Origin: Biomphalaria pfeifferi
Lineage: Eukaryota
Length of the DNA: 64,000 nucleotides
NCBI GenBank assembly: GCA_030265305.1
Contig: JASAOG010000079.1
Location: 365,331 to 429,330, forward strand
Direction of reading: 5' to 3'
Within the stretch, counting starts at the first letter, position 1; each line of letters begins with the position of its first letter. The position numbers and the translations under genes were made by a program. This document shows, in pieces, positions 58,699 through 64,000 of the stretch. Under the pieces are notes generated by a model. It ran no database searches. It was not told the origin of the DNA and saw only the letters and a program-made list of their open reading frames with translations.

Positions 58699-60793
58699 AA
58701 TTTAGGAAATTTAGGCACCGGATATTTAGGCACCCGGAAATTTAGGCACCCGGATAATTAGGCACTTTTTGACAAGGCGGAAAATTAGGCACCGGAAAAT
58801 TAGGCACTCTTTAATAAGCGATCTTTATTTTGAAAATAATTTTAAAATGTTAACGTATATTTTATCCTTAGGCTATGGGCTATCGGAGACGTTATAATAA
58901 ATAGCAACTATAACGATTCTAGCTAAAGAAAAGCTGACAAAATGTGAAAAAATGACAATCATGAGAATGTGTGGAAAAAATGACTCATGAGTCATTATAT
59001 AATATAGACATCACAGCATTCAGGGAAGGGGAGGTAGAGATGATTCTCCGCTCATTGCTTCCCTCCATCACCAACCCCTACGGTTGACTGGTGAGTTTTT
59101 TCTAAAATTGATGATTATGCAATTTTTGTAAATATTTAGTTACTAATGTAAATACTTAGGATTAAAAAGTATTATAAAATATTTTTATTATGTCGGTGAG
59201 TGTTGGCGATAAATATAATCGCAATCGCCCTCTGCTTGTTTGAAAGGGTGGGTCGTACTTTTAAAATGGGTTGGGCGGGGGGGGGGGGGCGCCCACACTC
59301 ACTTAAATGAGAGGATTTCTCGCAGGTAGATGTAAACTTGGTCGTAAATGTTACGTAGTAACTCTGAAGGCTACACACTGGACTAAAGGGCATGGAAACA
59401 CAAAGGTGTTACAATGGAGGTCTGGGGATTCTATTTTAGAGGCCTTCCAAAACTTTGGTAGAACCATTTCTGTTAAAACCATCATAATATTAATAACAGT
59501 AATAAAAATAATAATATATATAAGGAAAATGAAGATAGTTGAATTTCATTGGGCAGTTTTGGAAGTTAAAGAAACGAGTGTTTTTGTTGTTTTTGTTTTT
59601 TAATCATATATATGTGTGTGTGCGTTTATTAATGTGTGTATGAAACCTTTTTTGTCGTTGTTTTTTTTTTCATTCTGAAGAAAAAAAATTGCATATGGTA
59701 CTGAACACAAAAGGAATGGGGGAATCATGCCTTCTCGAAAATTGAAGTAAATATATTTGGTTTATGATAGAGAAGGCGGGGTTATATTGGAACATCAACA
59801 ATCTTCTATAAGCAGAATAAGTATTAATAAGAGACCAATATTCCAAAAAAATGATATTAAAATTTTTAACTCATCTGTCTTTTCCATAAACTTTTTTTAA
59901 ATTTTCAAAACATATTTTATCGTAATTTCTAGCCGTTTTGCGATTTCTGTTGTAATTTATATAAATATTATATTACATAAATTTACATATATATTCAATA
60001 AAAGTTAATTACCACACTTGAAGGACGTAACACACCTATACACTCACACAATAGATCTTCCTAAAGTGGTTACCCATTAATAATATAAAGAAGGAGTGTT
60101 GATAATAGATATTAATGCTATTATAAAATATGAATAATACTTTAGTTTATCAACATATTTAATTCCTAAAAGTAACGCGCGCAAATCCCTCCTGCTCATT
60201 TCCATTCCCACTATAAGAAGACAATTTTCTCCAGACTTCCATTTTAGCAGTTACGTACAATGGTGTACCCTGCCCTGTACTCCAGTGTGTAGCTTTAAGA
60301 CTCATTACGTCATTTTCACGACCTAGTTCAACATCTACCCGCGATCCCCTCCTTTTAGTGGGAGTGCGTAGATGGGGAAGGGCTAAGGAGGGGAAGCAAT
60401 GAGAAGAGAATCAACTCTACCTCCCCTTCCCTGAATCCTGTGAGGTCTATATTTTATAATGACTATTTAGTCGGGGTCATTTTTTTCCACCCATCCTCAT
60501 GATTGTCATTTTAGCCATTTTGTCAGCTTTTCTTTAGCTAGAATCGTTATAGTTGCTATTTATTATAACGTCTCCGATAGCCCATAGCCTAAGGATGAAT
60601 TATACGTTAACATTTTAACATTATTTTCAAAATAAAGATCGCTTATTAAAGAGTGCCTAATTTTCCGGTGCCTAATTTTCCGCCTTGTCAAAAAGTGCCT
60701 AATTATCCGGGTGCCTAAATTTCCGGGTGCCTAAATATCCGGTGCCTAAATTTCCGGGTGCCTAAATATCCGGTGCCTAAATTTCCAGATACC
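58699..60793. mobile_element. Foldback-like non-autonomous element with ~430-bp inverted arms and subterminal tandem repeats
   Basis: Arms 58699-~59075 and ~60360-60793 are reverse complements (~90% identical). Both ends carry (aaatttaggcacccgg)n subterminal repeats. Flanked by identical 9-mer ACTTCCCCC at 58690-58698 and 60794-60802. Central ~1.28 kb has no convincing ORF. Confidence 0.6.
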
Positions 60794-60819
60794 ACTTCCC
60801 CCACGCCTTGTTATCATAC

Positions 60820-61170
60820 AATGGTGTCAGTGACATACAATGGTGTCAAGTGACATACAATGGTGTCAGCGACATACAATGGTGTCAGCGACATACAATG
60901 GTGTCAGTGACATACAATGGTGTCAGTGACATACAATGGTGTCAGTGACATACAATTGTGTCAGTGACATACAATGGTGTCAGTGACATACAATTGTGTC
61001 AGTGACATACAATGGTGTCAGTGACATACAATGGTACAATGGTGTCAGTGACATACAATGGTATCAGCGACATACATTGATGTCAACGACATGCATTGAT
61101 GTCAGTGACATACAATGATGTCAGTGACATACAATGATGTCAGCGATATACAATGGTGTCAGGAAACATT
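60820..61170. repeat. 21-bp tandem repeat (tgtcagtgacatacaatggtg)n, ~16 copies
   Basis: Directly visible, immediately right of the foldback-like element. Confidence 0.9.
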
Positions 61171-62584
61171 AAATTATATCTGCCAATAGCTCTGAATGAC
61201 TTCTGACATCGATTTGCAATTTAAACCAATGACCAGGTACACGTACATCTATTCATAGCTTTTAACTAGCAACAGACATTTTGTCGAAGTAGAAAAATTA
61301 TATTCTTAGAAACTTTTCTTAACCTCTACTTTATAATTATATCAAATATAAAACGTTCATTGTAAACTCTTTTCATCACACATGGATTCTCTTTGGTCGA
61401 GTTGGTGAGAATGATAACTTAACGCAAGGTTTGAACCCTGGGCCCTTACCTTGCCAGTGAAGGCCGAATACTCATAAAGCCGATCAAGATGACATACAGT
61501 CCTAATAGCCATATTCTATGAATTATTCTAAAGCATATCATAGCTAGGTTTTTGAGAGGATGCCCCTAAGTTGTCTTCACTGGTAAAGACATCACCATTG
61601 TTTTGTTGAAAAGGTAAGTGATAACTAATTAAGTAATGTGATACAGCACACTTAAACAGCTGTTAGACTTAACACACTCTAAAGTATCGACTTTCACGCA
61701 AATCTCTTTTAATTAACTTCAGGCTGTATGCAGGGGCGGACTGGCTATATGGGCATTCGGGCAAATGCCCGGTGGGCCGGTACCCCATTGGGCGGTAGGG
61801 CCACCGAAAGGGTTACCAGTAACTTATATTATTCTCTTTAAAAGCAACACTTCGAGCTAATGGAATGAAAATACTTTTTATACTTTTTAAATCTAATACT
61901 AATCTAAAGCATTGTTGTAAATATCTTTCATCTAATATTAGTTCTTCTAGTAAACTTCACTAAACTATTAAAAAAAAAAAGTTAAGGCCTTTATTTCTTA
62001 TAGAGATCGACAGTGTCAATATATTCGGATGAATCTATAAAGTTGACCAACAACAAGGGTCTTAGTCCTATTGACGATATGTCCAGATAAATACGAATTC
62101 TTATTGGTTTGGTGGAGTTCCTACATGATCTCGATTTGACCCCGCTACGAAGTCCTTCACAAATCACAATTATTATCTTGAACGGTGTAGAAATGTGTTG
62201 ATTGGAATCAAATTGCAAAAGAATCGAAAAAGAAGGAGCAGAAAACGAAATAAAATATAAAGCAACCATTGCTGGAATCCTGTGCCAAAAAAAATAAATA
62301 AAATTATTAATGTTTTCTCGCAAGTATTAGAGATTCGCCAACGTTATCTTGACAGCATATACGAATGAAAAGGCTTAACGCCATAAGAAACACTAAAGAT
62401 AAGACAAAGTTATTGCCTTAAGTCGAAATATAAAGAGGCTTTGCTAAAATATGAGATAATCTTGACAGCTTTTGTTTTTCTGAACGTAAGGATATTAAAA
62501 CAAGCGAACATGATCTGTTGTGTGTGTGTGTATAGTCAGCTCTAAGTTACAGTCAAACTAGGTTTCCCAGTTATTGAGAAAGCA

Positions 62585-63250
62585 TAATATGTGAGTAAAG
62601 TAAAGTTCTATTTCAGACATTGCGACTTTTCTTAGCCAATTGTTTACGAAAAGGGAATCACGTGGCCAGCACGACAAGCTACCGCCTTTACTTTTCTCAA
62701 CAAAAGTCAGGTACCCGTTAGAGTTAGGTGGCTCAACCAATGAGCATCAGGAAACACAGGAAGCGCCATGTACAAAGAAATGACGAAGCCTAACAAACTG
62801 GACAGTATTAATTTCCTCTCCCGCAAAGAACAATCTACATTTTTCCAACTAAGAACAGGATACATACCACTATTATATTACCATCAGAACAAAATAAACT
62901 CCACACAACTCCCCCTTTACAGACACTGCGCCCACATCTTTAAAACCATTTACCATATCCTCTTTGAATGCCCCTCCCTAATCAACCTTAGGCAGACCCT
63001 ACTTCCACTACAGCCCAACATAACCAACGGCAGAGCTAAACAACTGAAGAAAACAGCACACTTTTTTCCCCCTTGGCACAGTCTGCAAAAGAGCGCACAG
63101 CTCAGCAGCAATAAAACTAGCTAGAAGAAGAAGAGTTAGGTGGACTCAGGGGAGCCCTAGAAATCCCGAAATTCAAAATCATCTTAACCGAGATTTGAAC
63201 ACAGAATCCAGATTTGGAAGCGCATAACCTCTCAGCCACCGCGCCCCCAT
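62585..63250 (-). mobile_element. SINE family A copy (minus) interrupted by the nested LINE fragment at 62736-63131
   Basis: Body (reverse complement of 62585-62735) and tRNA-like head (reverse complement of 63148-63245: ggggcgcggtggctgagaggttatgcgcttcc..gttcaaatctcgg) separated by the insert. TSD of the insert lies within SINE sequence. Confidence 0.65.
62736..63131 (+). mobile_element. 5'-truncated LINE 3' fragment (same family as 4020-4685) inserted in a SINE-A copy, with ~16-bp TSD
   Basis: ORF 62768-63124 encodes ..HIFKTIYHILFECPSLINLRQTLLP... Flanked by AGAGTTAGGTGG(C/A)CTC at 62720-62735 and 63132-63147. Confidence 0.65.
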
Positions 63251-64000
63251 GACCAATTGAGATGGGCAGTTAAATAATGGAGGATTAAGGTTTATATTTG
63301 TAAATTGAAGCCTGAGGAAATGTCAAGGAGTTAAAGTGACTCTTAAACAATGTGTTCGTTGATGGAGAAGCTTCAAATGTCTTGAATGTAAACGTGAATT
63401 TTTCACAATAAGAGATTCCCCATTCCAAGAGTTACACTTTATTCCTTTTGCGCTTATCAGATAGTTTCAAAATCATCAATAAACTTTTCATTTACTAACT
63501 ACTTTCGATACATTAAGAAACTTTACAAAATACTTATAAGGACAGGTATGACTGGACGCCCACCATGTGGCAGACAATTTGTGGGTCGGATTGTTTAGAA
63601 ATGCCCGAGCCGATTTTGACACCCAGTCCGCCCCTGATTATGTATCTAAAAATTGCAAAATAATAATTATGAGACTAGAGTGCTGCGGCTACATATCCTT
63701 GAAGTAGTCCGGCTACTAGACATGAAAGATATTCTAGTTCTAGAGTTTATCTTTTCAGCCCAAGGTCTGTGAATTCAGTATCATATTTTTTGAATAATAA
63801 ATGTATATTTGTTTCGTACACTATTTGATATAATGTAGAGCTCACGTGATCCCACATTTATATTCTCAGCTCCTGGAGCAGAGGCGTAGTGAGCAAATCG
63901 TGCGACCGGGACAATGTACGTTATTGTCACTCCTTCCCCTCCTTTTTTATTTTTCCATGCTAAGGTTGCATAATCGCTTCCTGGACTGGTGGTTGTTTAA

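Noticed and set aside
1-64000. Prokaryotic or phage interpretation suggested by the ORF track (alternative starts, many short ORFs)
   Set aside because: Spliced exons with AG/GT boundaries, retrotransposons with LTRs/PBS/PPT, SINEs, microsatellites and AT-rich introns show this is a metazoan nuclear sequence. Most short ORFs are noise or TE fragments.

Overview
This is a eukaryotic (metazoan) window, AT-rich and dense with repeats. Long homopolymer runs, satellites, tRNA-derived SINEs and non-LTR retrotransposons are typical of an invertebrate such as a mollusc; the species cannot be determined from the sequence. The supplied ORF track uses alternative start codons, so ORF start positions are not meaningful here.

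Three things dominate the window:

1. **A large minus-strand host gene.** It runs through ~5.4-37.9 kb and I can reconstruct at least 21 exons with canonical AG/GT boundaries and mutually consistent codon phases. The exons encode repeated VWD-C8-TIL-E assemblies, followed by an LDLa-like module and a 2.65-kb Thr/Glu-rich tandem-repeat (PTS-like) exon. This is a gel-forming-mucin / VWF-like secreted glycoprotein. Its introns are packed with transposable elements.

2. **An intact, apparently young LTR retrotransposon at 38496-45366 (minus).** It has near-identical ~695-bp LTRs (TG...CA), a single uninterrupted 1692-aa gag-pol ORF, an 18-nt tRNA-Pro-type PBS, a polypurine tract and a 4-bp target-site duplication. 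It sits inside a 36-bp satellite array whose empty site can be reconstructed. Its pol domain order is PR-IN-RT-RH, i.e. Gmr1-like Ty3/gypsy, and it carries an in-frame Ser-rich 16-aa tandem-repeat expansion between the NC zinc knuckle and PR.

3. **Many other mobile elements and satellites:**
   - An APE-type non-LTR (LINE) family with at least 9 mostly 5'-truncated copies.
   - Fragments of two further LINE families.
   - Two tRNA-derived SINE families (7 and 5 copies); two SINE copies are split by LINE-fragment insertions.
   - A 1.46-kb hAT-like non-autonomous element with an 8-bp TSD.
   - A 2.1-kb foldback-like element with ~430-bp inverted arms and a 9-bp flanking direct repeat.
   - A ~4.1-kb 25-bp satellite with higher-order structure, and a 1.27-kb 40-bp satellite.
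   - Several 19-25-nt poly-G/poly-C tracts.

No rRNA, bona fide tRNA gene or CRISPR array is present.
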